NCBI GenBank assembly: GCA_964035575.1
Contig: OZ037833.1
Location: forward strand, 1,488,001-1,552,000
DNA from: Rhynchopus sp. YZ270_cl-10
Lineage: Eukaryota
Direction: 5' to 3'
Length of the DNA: 64,000 nt
The position numbers were made by a program, and so were the translations under genes. Under the pieces are notes generated by a model. It saw only the letters and a list, made by a program, of their open reading frames with translations. It was not told the DNA's origin and did no database searches. Below are positions 16,526 to 28,412 of the stretch, piece by piece. Each line of letters starts with the position of its first letter. Within the stretch, counting starts at the first letter, position 1.

Positions 16526-16639
16526 GGCCAGTCTCTTTCGAGGCTGGCCATGTTTTGACAAAGTTGTGTGAGAAGAATATAATCTTCATGCTTCCATACC
16601 AATGAAGTACAGAAACTGTAGCTTTAGAAATCGTTGGTT
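16526..16639 (-). ncRNA. SL: SL RNA gene copy 4
   Basis: Identical exon and donor; upstream CATGCTTCCCAGTACATG with CTTCCC at -46. Confidence 0.96.
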
Positions 16640-17894
16640 GCCTTTTTTCTCTACAACGTTCTGAGCACCAACATGTACTGGGAAGCATGACAGTAGTATC
16701 AAAAATATGATGGTTTTTTCGTACCTAACATCTTGTACACTGAGAAGGTTCTGCACAAGTGGAAGCCTATATAAGAATATTCATAAGAGTCAAAAGGGGC
16801 TTCTGAAGGGGTATATGGGTAGTATGAGCTCATATGAATCCATTAAAAGCGTCTATGGCATGATCAAAGCATCACATAATTTCTGAAATCAATACCAACC
16901 ACAATTTACGGCTATTTTTCCAGCAATAGCCGTATCATGGCTTATAACCATACCTAAGGATGCCCAATATGCTGGAAAAGTTAATAATCTTGGGTATATA
17001 GGGTTTTTGGGCACATTTGAGTCAATTGCGGGGTCTTACGATTTAATTTGAGCATCACACATATCCTAATCACCTATATAATCGAAAAACACACACAAAA
17101 TGACCTACATAGCCGTAAAATGACCCAAATGTGCATATTCGGGTTGAAATTTCATTTTTTCGGAAAGTTTTTTTTTCTCAACAATTACATGGGTGAGTTC
17201 CGAGTACATTATGGGGTCGTAAGTTTTTATTCAAGCATCACACATTATGTAGAATACTTATGCCATACAATGTTACCAAAAAAAGTCGATTTTTGGTCAC
17301 TTTTTCAAAAATATGAAAATTCGATTTTTGGGTACTAGATAGGTCTTTCCGGTGCAAAAACGACCGTTAAATGGATTCTCCGGGGTCCTAAGGCCCCAAA
17401 AATCACTTTTGGACACACGGGCAATATCCCAGTATACCCTAGGAAATTGGTGGGAACCCAAAAATTGGCCTCAAAATCCGACCAAAACCAAGGTTTCTGT
17501 AGAGGTACATGTGAACCTCATGTGTGTTCTGGAGACCCATTTTGTTTTGAAAAGTGAATCTAAATAGCCAAAAATTTAAAACTCTTGTAGCGCATTCGGA
17601 ATAGAGGGGGTATTCGCGAAAACCTGTGCGAAACATTTATCAATTCAGGTCTGACCCACATGGTCATGACCCCATATTTTGGGTGCGGAAAACACCCTAT
17701 CTGTTGACCTACCGGCTTGTATGCCTGTATACCTGGTTGGGTCAACTTTTTGAAAATTTCCTGGGCCATATACCCTATTTGGGCCCCCTGAATCCATTGC
17801 GACATCGTTTTTTCACATCCGAGTGAAAACTAATATATAGGATAACCCATGGGTATGGGTACCTCGCTCAATACCCCTAAAATCAGTGCTTTTG

Positions 17895-19768
17895 ACTACA
17901 CACCCACACACAGCACACCCACACACACCCACACACACACACACACACACCCCCTCACCACCAGGGGGATTTGACCAAAAAATCGATTTTTTTAAATAAA
18001 TAGTTGCTCATCCAAAAGTGAATTTTTTGGGCTTAACGTGTTGTTTGGGGGTATTGAGGCCCAAAAAAAAATCCTAAAAAACCTTAGTTTTTTAGTCTTT
18101 ACTATAGAGATGTGCGCCACCCACACCACACACACTACACACCCACACACAGCACACCCACACACACCCACACACACACACACACACACCCCCTCACCAC
18201 CAGGGGGGATTTGACCAAAAAATCGATTTTTTTAAATAAATAGTTGCTCATCCAAAAGTGAATTTTTTGGGCTTAACGTGTTGTTTGGGGGTATTGAGGC
18301 CCAAAAAAAAATTTTTTTTCAGTCGTGTTCAGAAATTGGACTGCCAAATGACATGTGGCATTCGGCCAAAAATCCTAAAAAACCTTAGTTTTTTAGTCTT
18401 TACTATAGAGATGTGCGCCACCCACACCACACACACTACACACCCACACACAGCACACCCACACACACCCACACACACACACACACACACCCCCTCACCA
18501 CCAGAGGGGATTTGACCAAAAAATCCTAAAAAACCTTAGTTTTTTAGTCTTTACTATAGAGATGTGCGCCACCCACACCACACACACTACACACCCACAC
18601 ACACACACACCCACACACACACACACACACCCCCTCACCACCAGAGGGGATTTGACCAAAAAATCGATTTTTTTAAATAAATAGTTGCTCATCCAAAAGT
18701 GAATTTTTTGGGCTTAACGTGTTGTTTGGGGGTATTGAGGCCCAAAAAAAAATCCTAAAAAACCTTAGTTTTTTAGTCTTTACTATAGAGATGTGCGCCA
18801 CCCACACCACACACACTACACACCCACACACAGCACACCCACACACACCCACACACACACACACACACACACCCCCTCACCACCAGGGGGGATTTGACCA
18901 AAAAATCGATTTTTTTAAATAAATAGTTGCTCATCCAAAAGTGAATTTTTTGGGCTTAACGTGTTGTTTGGGGGTATTGAGGCCCAAAAAAAAATTTTTT
19001 TTCAGTCGTGTTCAGAAATTGGACTGCCAAATGACATGTGGCATTCGGCCAAAAATCCTAAAAAACCTTAGTTTTTTAGTCTTTACTATAGAGATGTGCG
19101 CCACCCACACCACACACACTACACACCCACACACAGCACACCCACACACACCCACACACACACACACACACACCCCCTCACCACCAGAGGGGATTTGACC
19201 AAAAAATCCTAAAAAACCTTAGTTTTTTAGTCTTTACTATAGAGATGTGCGCCACCCACACCACACACACTACACACCCACATACTGTAAACTTGTTTAA
19301 GTAGCTTTGCTACGCCAGGGGGGTCTCTAGGATAAAATATGTCGCGAATAAGAAAGTCTTTTCCCCCTCCCCCTTTTTCGCTATGGATATATTTTTTTTT
19401 TTTTTTGCGCGTACCATTTCTCTATTGCTACGTGCCCTTTTGTTGTTATTGCTTACCACTTGCTTCGGCAAGGTTGGTTGAGGACGTTACGGGGAAATCT
19501 CACCACCACCTTCATCAGTATTTTGTGTTGTGTTTCCCCAGTCTCGCCCTCATGACCACATACCTCGCTGCCGTTTTTTCGGCGCTATTAACCAAAAAAG
19601 ACCTTTCCCCCCATATTTTATCCTAAAGAGACCCCCACACACACACACCCACACACACACACACACACCCCCTCACCACCAGAGGGGATTTGACCAAAAA
19701 ATCGATTTTTTTAAATAAATAGTTGCTCATCCAAAAGTGAATTTTTTGGGCTTAACGTGTTGTTTGGG

Positions 19769-19770
<2 letters not shown>
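17895..19770 (+). repeat. Modular CA-rich tandem repeat family with a ~680-bp higher-order duplication
   Basis: Recurring aaaaccttagttttttagtctttactatagagatgtgcgccaccc + (CA)n + gggatttgaccaaaaaatcg + aaatagttgctcatcc modules. Inverted copies lie at 25900-26075 and 27005-27375, and a direct piece at 34443-34570. Confidence 0.9.
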
Positions 19771-19808
<38 letters not shown>

Positions 19809-19856
19809 TGTTGTTCAACTTAGCCCTAGGCTCGCTTTTTTTATCTACATCCAGTG
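19771..19856 (-). mobile_element. Severely 5'-truncated copy of the CRE retrotransposon 3' end
   Basis: Poly(T) followed by ttcaacttagccctaggctcgcttttttt.atctacatccagtg, which matches about 5505-5546. Confidence 0.85.
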
Positions 19857-19859
19857 CAG

Positions 19860-20870
19860 TGTGTGTGCTGTGAAAACTGTGTACGGGACCCAAAATATCT
19901 GTAAAAGTCATATGGGGCATACTTTTGCGCCCCCTGTGCACCCTATTTCGGGACCCCCAAAAAGCCCCCTGTGCACCCTTTTTCAGGGGTGAAATGCCCC
20001 CTGTGCACCAAGAACTGGATAAAAAAAACTGTGCACCATATCCAAAACCACTTCCGGGAGGTTTTGGGAGGGTTTCGGGAACCAAAAAAATCCGCCCCCT
20101 GTGCACCTTAGATACCAGGATGCTGTGCAAGGATGCTGTGCAAGGATGCTGTGCAAGGATGCTGTGCAAGGATGCTGTGCAAGGATGCTGTGCAAGGATT
20201 CTGTGCAAGGATGCTGTGCAAGGATGCTGTGCAAGGATGCTGTGCAAGGATGCTGTGCAAGGATGCTGTGCAAGGATGCTGTGCAAGGATGCTGTGCAAG
20301 GATGCTGTGCAAGGATGCTGTGCAAGGATGCTGTGCAAGGATGCTGTGCAAGGATGCTGTGCAAGGATGCTGTGCAAGGATGCTGTGCAAGGATGCTGTG
20401 CAAGGATGCTGTGCAAGGATGCTGTGCAAGGATGCTGTGCAAGGATGCTGTGCAAGGATGCTGTGCAAGGATGCTGTGCAAGGATGCTGTGCAAGGATGC
20501 TGTGCAAGGATGCTGTGCAAGGATGCTGGCCACTCCGGTGCACAGGGGGCGCACCCCAAAACGGTGCACAGGGGGCGCCCAAAAATCCGGTGCACAGGGG
20601 GCGTTTTACCCGTGATTTCATAGCCGGGCGCCCCCTGTGCACCGTTTTGACACGCCCCCTGTGCACCGTTTTTGGGGCGCCCCCTGTGCACCGGATTTTA
20701 GGCGCCCCCTGTGCACCGTTCAAAGACGCCCCCTGTGCACCGTTTTTGGGCGCCCCCTGTGCACCGGATTTTCCGAGGATACGCCCCCTGTGCACCGATT
20801 TTTCACTTAGGCGCCCCCTGTGCACCGGATTTTTGTCAAAAAGGCACCCTGTGCACCGGATCCAGTCTTC
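19860..20870. mobile_element. Non-autonomous element with many GCCCCCTGTGCACC motifs around a 13-bp satellite
   Basis: Direct and inverted CCCCCTGTGCACC motifs. A second, interrupted copy spans 22255-22370 and 23510-25205. Confidence 0.65.
20118..20520. repeat. (GGATGCTGTGCAA)x31 minisatellite
   Basis: 13-bp unit with one variant copy. Confidence 0.97.
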
Positions 20871-20889
20871 CCGGGGTTCAGTAACTTAG

Positions 20890-21700
20890 CTGGTTCGTGC
20901 ACTGTATAACTGATATTTGCGAGTATTTGCGCGTTCTATGTTGTGTAATCTGGCTGGTGTGGTTGTGCGGGTGCGCGGGGTTCGGGCAATGTTATCCGGC
21001 TGGTGTGGTCGATAAGCCGGCTGGTGGGTGCGGGTGCGCGGGAACCTGCTGGTTCTAGGTTACGTTATCTGGCTGGTGGTTGTGCGGGTTTGCGGGTTTG
21101 CGGGTGCGCGGGTTTGCGGGTTCTAGGTTGTGTTATCCGGCTGGTGTGGTTGTGCGGGTGCGCGGGGTTCGGGCAGCGTTATCTGGCTGGTGTGGTCGAT
21201 AAGCCGGCTGGTGGGTGCGGGTGCGCGGGAACTTGCTGGTTCTAGGTTGCGTTTTCTGGTTCTAGGTTACGTTATCTGGCTGGTGGTTGTGCGGGTTTGC
21301 GGGTTTGCGGGTGCGCGGGTTTGCGGGTTCTAGGTTGCGTTATCCGGCTGGTGTGGTGGTGCGGGTGCGCGGGGTTCGGGCAGCGGTATCCGGCTGGTGT
21401 GGTTGTGCGGGTGTGCGGGGTTCGGGCAACGTTATCTGGCTGGTGTGGTCGATAAGCCAGCTGGTGGGTGCGGGTGCGCGGGAACCTGCTGGTTCTAGGT
21501 TGCGTTTTCTGGTTCTAGGTTACGTTATCTGGCTGGTGGTTGTGCGGGTTTGCGGGTTTGCGGGTGCGCGGGTTTGCGGGTTCTAGGTTGCGTTATCCGG
21601 CTGGTGTGGTTGATAGGGTTCTCGGGGGTCAGTTACAGAGTGGTTCCAGGTTGCATTATCCGGCTGGTGCTTGTGTGGTTGGTGTGGTTGATAAGGTAAG
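20890..21700. repeat. GC-rich TGCGGGTT / CTGGCTGGTG modular repeat
   Basis: Degenerate tandem modules, same family as 2708-3045. Confidence 0.85.
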
Positions 21701-22025
21701 AATCTTGGTAAGCTCTTCATCCACCTTTTATTCTAAACCCGACCTTTTTTGGTCATCCTTTTTTCCATTTCCATTTTCCTGTTCATTTTATTGTCTTTAT
21801 TATCTTCTCCATTTTTTCCCTTTTCCTTTCTATTCTCATAAAAAAATAGACCAAGTACAGAAAAGAAGAAAAATAGGGTTCTTGGGGGTTACTTAACTGG
21901 TTGAGTTATCTGCAAACCTGCAAACCCGAAATAAATATCTGGCTTGTGTCAACTGGTTGTTGTTTTGGTGGGCTGGGCACTTAGGTGTTTTCACGTGTAC
22001 CATGCTTCCCTACTGAGAGAAGGTT

Positions 22026-22225
22026 TGTATACTGTGTATACTGTGTATACTGTGTATACTGTGTATACTGTGTATACTGTGAAAACTGTGTATACTGTGT
22101 ATACTGTGTATACTGTGTATACTGTGTATACTGTGTATACTGTGTATACTGTGTATACTGTGTATACTGTGTATACTGTGTATACTGTGTATACTGTGTA
22201 TACTGTGTATACTGTGAATACTGTG
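22026..22225. repeat. (TGTATACTG)n 9-bp tandem repeat, ~22 copies
   Basis: Direct observation. Confidence 0.95.
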
Positions 22226-22367
22226 TTTTTCTGTGTTTTTCTGTGTTTTTCTGTGTGTGCTGTGAAAACTGTGTACGGGACCCAAAATACCTGTAAAAGT
22301 CATATGGGGCATACTTTTGCGCCCCCTGTGCACCCTATTTCGGGACCCCCGAAAAGCCCCCTGTGCA

Positions 22368-22398
<31 letters not shown>

Positions 22399-23645
22399 CT
22401 CTTTTTTGTACTTGGACTAGTTTTTTATGAGAATAGAAAGGAAAAAGGAAGAAATGGAGAAGACAATAAAGACAATAAAATGAACAGGAAATGGAAAAGG
22501 AAAAAGGAAATGGAAAAATGAAAAGGAAAAAATGATGACCAAAAATGGTCGGTGTTTCAAGTTTTGTATAAAAGGCGGGCGAAGAGTACGGTAGAGCCAA
22601 CAGAGTTTTATACAAAACAAGAAACTGCATTATGTGTTTGTTTTTTATTCTTTTTGATCAATTTGAATACACAGGCGTCACACTTCTGGGGCAAAAAAAG
22701 GAAAAAAAGAAGACCTAATCCTCCTTACTTAAAAGAAGGGAAGGGAGAATAAAAAACACATTGCCTTTGCTTTGTTGTCTGCAGAATGGTTTGTTTTAGT
22801 GCCTCCCCTGGAAAAAGAAAAATGGATTCCACTTGGTAAAAATAGCACACCTGTTGAACACACGTCAGGCCAGGAACAGAAGAAAAGCAAACGCTTCCAC
22901 GAATGGAAGCAAAAGAAAAGTGTGGTGAAAAAACCCTTTTGGCCAAGGTGGTCTTGACTCTGTCTACAAACTTTGGGGATGAATGAAAAAATGACACTGA
23001 ATAAATAACAGAGAGTGGGCGGGTAAGCCACTTCTCCGAGCTAAACACAAAGTAAACACCCTCCACCCATCTGATCCCGCCCACAAACACAAACAATCAC
23101 GACAGAAACCAAGACAGGCAGAGGATGACCAGGGTAGGTTTTACTTGAACAGCGAACCTCTGCCTTGATACTTCACACGCTCAGCAGACGAGTTGCCACA
23201 ACTCTCCAGACCTGCTGCAAAACAGGCCTGCACCTTTCACCGCATTTCGCTTCGTGCCCCTCATCTGGCGCACTACTGACGGGGGACGCCCCATGTAGGC
23301 ACATCGGTAGGATTTCGTCTTAACATAGTTTTTTGTGTAAAAAAAAATGAACCCCTTAAAAAAAAATGAACCCCTTAAAAAAAAATGAACCCCATTAAAT
23401 TTGGTGACGGGCTAAAAAACCTGTCGTTCTTGTGTGACACTTCCATGGAAACGTGATGAGGACCTCACCTTTTTTTACAGGTGGTTTTTTTTGTAAGGAC
23501 CTCACACACTTCAGGGGTGAAATGCCCCCTGTGCACCAAGAACTGGATAAAAAAAACTGTGCACCATATCCAAAACCACTTCCGGGAGGTTTCGGCAGGG
23601 TTTCGGGAACCAAAAAAAGCCGCCCCCTGTGCACCTTAGATACCA

Positions 23646-25205
23646 GGATGCTGTGCAAGGATGCTGTGCAAGGATGCTGTGCAAGGATGCTGTGCAAGGA
23701 TGCTGTGCAAGGATGCTGTGCAAGGATGCTGTGCAAGGATGCTGTGCAAGGATGCTGTGCAAGGATGCTGTGCAAGGATGCTGTGCAAGGATGCTGTGCA
23801 AGGATGCTGTGCAAGGATGCTGTGCAAGGATGCTGTGCAAGGATGCTGTGCAAGGATGCTGTGCAAGGATGCTGTGCAAGGATGCTGTGCAAGGATGCTG
23901 TGCAAGGATGCTGTGCAAGGATGCTGTGCAAGGATGCTGTGCAAGGATGCTGTGCAAGGATGCTGTGCAAGGATGCTGTGCAAGGATGCTGTGCAAGGAT
24001 GCTGTGCAAGGATGCTGTGCAAGGATGCTGTGCAAGGATGCTGTGCAAGGATGCTGTGCAAGGATGCTGTGCAAGGATGCTGTGCAAGGATGCTGTGCAA
24101 GGATGCTGTGCAAGGATGCTGTGCAAGGATGCTGTGCAAGGATGCTGTGCAAGGATGCTGTGCAAGGATGCTGTGCAAGGATGCTGTGCAAGGATGCTGT
24201 GCAAGGATGCTGTGCAAGGATGCTGTGCAAGGATGCTGTGCAAGGATGCTGTGCAAGGATGCTGTGCAAGGATGCTGTGCAAGGATGCTGTGCAAGGATG
24301 CTGTGCAAGGATGCTGTGCAAGGATGCTGTGCAAGGATGCTGTGCAAGGATGCTGTGCAAGGATGCTGTGCAAGGATGCTGTGCAAGGATGCTGTGCAAG
24401 GATGCTGTGCAAGGATGCTGTGCAAGGATGCTGTGCAAGGATGCTGTGCAAGGATGCTGTGCAAGGATGCTGTGCAAGGATGCTGTGCAAGGATGCTGTG
24501 CAAGGATGCTGTGCAAGGATGCTGTGCAAGGATGCTGTGCAAGGATGCTGTGCAAGGATGCTGTGCAAGGATGCTGTGCAAGGATGCTGTGCAAGGATGC
24601 TGTGCAAGGATGCTGTGCAAGGATGCTGTGCAAGGATGCTGTGCAAGGATGCTGTGCAAGGATGCTGTGCAAGGATGCTGTGCAAGGATGCTGTGCAAGG
24701 ATGCTGTGCAAGGATGCTGTGCAAGGATGCTGTGCAAGGATGCTGTGCAAGGATGCTGTGCAAGGATGCTGTGCAAGGATGCTGTGCAAGGATGCTGTGC
24801 AAGGATGCTGTGCAAGGATGCTGTGCAAGGATGCTGTGCAAGGATGCTGTGCAAGGATGCTGTGCAAGGATGCTGTGCAAGGATGCTGTGCAAGGATGCT
24901 GTGCAAGGATGCTGTGCAAGGATGCTGTGCAAGGATGCTGTGCAAGGATGCTGTGCAAGGATGCTGTGCAAGGATGCTGTGCAAGGATGCTGTGCAAGGA
25001 TGCTGTGCAAGGATGCTGTGCAAGGATGCTGTGCAAGGATGCTGTGCAAGGATGCTGTGCAAGGATGCTGTGCAAGGATGCTGTGCAAGGATGCTGTGCA
25101 AGGATGCTGTGCAAGGATGCTGTGCAAGGATGCTGTGCAAGGATGCTGTGCAAGGATGCTGTGCAAGGATGCTGTGCAAGGATGCTGTGCAAGGATGCTG
25201 TGCAA
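23646..25205. repeat. (GGATGCTGTGCAA)x120 minisatellite
   Basis: 1560 bp equals 120 apparently perfect units; same left flank as the 31-copy array. Confidence 0.97.
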
Positions 25206-26114
25206 TATAATGCTTGTAATCACAGACTTCAGCTTCCCGCTCACATCCAATGCAGCGCAAGCCTTCGCACCTTCTGCTTGCACCCCGTGCGGTTGTGTCA
25301 AAGGCCGCAACTTGCTCCCCACCTTCACACCGTCCACACCCATGGTCAACGGATCGTCAAAAGCAGCCATCGCCGCTTTGTTTATGTGCAACCTGAAGAG
25401 TGGTGGGGAGGAGACTCAGGACCGAACCGTGAATCGTTGTTGAGACAAGAAAATGTGTGTCACATTTAAATCTGACCTGGAGTGTGCGTACTGTCCAGTT
25501 TCACTGCCCTGCCCAGACGTATGGCCGGCTGGTGGTGCCCTGCATGAAGTGGTTCTTCAGGCCAAAAAGTGGCCTGTTGAAAAAGTGGTGTTTTTGTGGC
25601 AAACGCCAGCTGGTCTGAAGAGTGATCTGACCATATTCCCCAGGTATAACTTGTACTCAAAAAATGAATTGGCGAAGGAATCTTGAACTTTTGACCACCA
25701 CACATTACATGTGTTTTTAAGGAAAAAATGACCGAAAAAGCTGATTTTTGGCTGAATGGCAAGTGTCACTAACATGAAGGGTATCAGGTTAGGACTGAAA
25801 AAAAGTAGTTTTTCAGGCCTCAATATCTCCATATAACACGACTATAAAATGTACATTTTTTCTGATGTGCAACTATTTTTTGTGTTTTTTGGTGTTTTCC
25901 AGTCTATGGTGGTGAGGGTGGGTGTGCAACCAACTAGTTGGTGAGGGTGTGTGTGGGTGTTTGATAACTAGTAGGGGTAATTCTTGCTCAGAATATGGCC
26001 CCATGTGTGGGTGTGTGTGGGTGTGGGTGGCGCACACCTCTAAAGTAAAAACTAAAAAACTAAGGTTTTTTAGAACTTATTTCTGCGTGGTCCTGCTGTA
26101 CACCTCCGGCGTAT

Positions 26115-26540
26115 CCCTGCTTCACAGCTACATCCCCTTGCTCCAGGAGAAGATCAAGCGTGATCCCTCCCTCGTCATCGAGATCCGCTCCACATTCCTG
26201 AAGCTTGCGTCAATAATGGAGGTCCCCCTCATCAGAGTGCACGCTCGAGGCACACTCGCTTGACCGTCGGAGAGTACTACAGTAGGAAGCTTGTCGACGG
26301 TGCGGACGGTGCTTGCAATCATCCCATCCTCGATGTTTGAGCCGCTGAACAACGTCATCAGGCTGATGACTGGGGACACTCTGGACACTCAAACCCATGC
26401 CGAAGGACCAGCTCCGTGAGTACGCCCAGCTGGATCAACGGTACGAGCTTGCGAGAACCACATTCAACATTGCGAACCCGTGTGTTGAGATCCGCAACCG
26501 AGCCGCAACGTCTCCTGGAGGACGGCATCCGCAAGCAACT
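26115..26540 (+). pseudogene. WASHC5: Frameshifted internal fragment of strumpellin (WASH complex subunit 5)
   Basis: Pieces translate as IKRDPSLVIEIRSTFLKLASIMEVPLIRV, EYYSRKLV, VRTVLAIIPSSMF, KDQLREYAQLDQRYELA and LLEDGIRKQL, colinear with strumpellin (recognised from memory). Embedded between repeat modules. Confidence 0.85.
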
Positions 26541-28412
26541 ATTTATTTAAAAAAAATCGATTTGGTGACGGGCTAAAAAACCTGTCGTTCTTGTGTGACA
26601 CCTCCATGGAAACGTGATGAGGACCTCTCTTTTTTTACAGGTGGTTTTTTTTTGTATGCACCTCACGCACTGGGCAGGTGGTCCGCTATTCGCTTCCCAC
26701 GGGGCGCTCGCGTGCGCGCTTCGCGCGCCCGCTCGCGGTAACGTGTACAATAAAACTTCACTTGTGCCTTCATGAACTGGCTTTTCAGGTGAAAAGTGGC
26801 CTGGTAAAAAGAGGTGTTTTTGTGGTAAACGCAAGATGGTCAAAAGAGTGATCTGACCATATTCCCCAGGTATAACTGGTACTCAAAAAGTTCATTAACG
26901 AAGGAATCTTGCACTTTTGACCATCACATATTACATGTGTTTTTTCAGGTTTTTCAATGCACTTTCCTGTGCTGGGAAGCATGCCACAAGTGTCATGTTT
27001 TACAAGGTAAAAATGACCAAAAAAGCTGATTTTTGGCCGAATGCCACATGTCATTTGGCAGTCCATTTTCTGAACACGACTGAAAAAAAAATTTTTTTTG
27101 GGCCTCAATACCCCCAAACAACACGTTAAGCCCAAAAAATTCACTTTTGGAAGAGCAACTATTTATTTAAAAAAATCGATTTTTTGGTCAAATCCCCCTG
27201 GATGGTGAGGGTGTGTGGGGGTGTGTTGTGGAGGGGTGGCACACATCTCTTTAGTAAAGACTAAAAAACTAAGGTTTTTTAGGATTTTTTGGTCAAATCC
27301 CCCTGGATGGTGAGGGTGGGTGGGTGGCAAACGCTCTATAGTAAAGACTAAAAAACTAAGGTTTTTTAGGATTTCTTTTTCATGTCTTGAAGAGAGAAAA
27401 TCAGTGATTTGGGGAAGACCAGTAACAAAAGAGCTGTATTTCATGAACAACGTACCTGCCTCTTAACAGAGTAAACGCACAGCTGTGCGTTGTTGTGAAA
27501 AGACTTGTTCCAACGCAGCTTGGTAGGGGGCAGTGTTACTTGCCTGTCTACCGCATCGTGCGTAAGAGAACAGATGTACAACTAAGTTTACATGAATGTT
27601 TCGAAATATGTTACTGAAGCGTGAGAGACCACAGAGATCAGTTTGGCACTCCAAATTAACCCTTGCGTCGGTTTTGAAGAAAAAGAAAGAGAACGGGCGT
27701 TCAGAGAAACTGTGACGATGTCTATCCATAGTCGCAGACATTGCAGAGAACTTGCATGGCATCGTTCCAGACTGTGATTTTTAGATGAGACGTTCACATG
27801 CTGCTCAAAGCGGAACGAATAAGAGAAAAACAAAAACAAAAATTTGATACCTGCGGGGTGCACAAGTGTCAGATAAAGCTAAAGGATGAGCGGCGCAATA
27901 TCAAGAGCAAACAATGTCTGCAACTTGAAAAATGGGGGACACAATACATGCTAGAACACAGAGGGAGGGAAGGGAGGGAAGGGCACCAGGCAGGGGACAC
28001 TCAAATGCCACAATGGCACTGGAGCGGATGAAACGCATTAAAGCGTACTTCTGTCCACCATCAGGGCAAAATAAAACATAAGCGATCTCTACTTGTCTTG
28101 ACACCATGCACCGTCCTTCTGAGAGCCCCATTAAAGGGGTCAGAACTACAGCACAAAAGCGTCGCGACATAGCAATCTTAGACAACAACCTGGGGCACCT
28201 GATACGCTGGGTTGAATAAACAGGCGCACCCGGCTGCCACTTAAGGCTACTTACAAAAACACTGGACCCTGCACAGTGCTACAGAGATGAATGAGGGTCA
28301 GGGAAGGGTGTGAAAAGGAAACAATATTCAGACAGCGTAAAAACGGTAGTCGATCAAAGCTGATCTGTGAGGTGGAGGTCGGGTGGAGATGTGTTGAAAT
28401 AAAGATGCTAGT

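Noticed and set aside
14822..16647. Four ~120-bp repeats with unique spacers resembling a CRISPR-like array
   Set aside because: The repeats are SL RNA genes and the spacers contain 7SL, U6 and promoters. No cas genes are present.
16690..17890. AT-rich 1.2-kb segment as a further ncRNA or transposon
   Set aside because: No promoter motif, closing stem, TIR/TSD pair or credible ORF could be identified by eye.
23646..25205. 13-bp array as an interstitial telomere
   Set aside because: It does not resemble TTAGGG, is internal, and both arrays share element-like flanks.
25206..25445. Minus-strand peptide SPPLFRLHINK..GVKVG resembling a LINE RT fragment
   Set aside because: Too short, contains a stop upstream and has no YADD motif; cannot be supported without a search.
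19711..25469. Long ORFs reading CKDAVQGCCARML / HSILAQHPCTASL and VYT/HSI repeats
   Set aside because: They are translation artefacts of stop-free 13-bp and 9-bp satellites.
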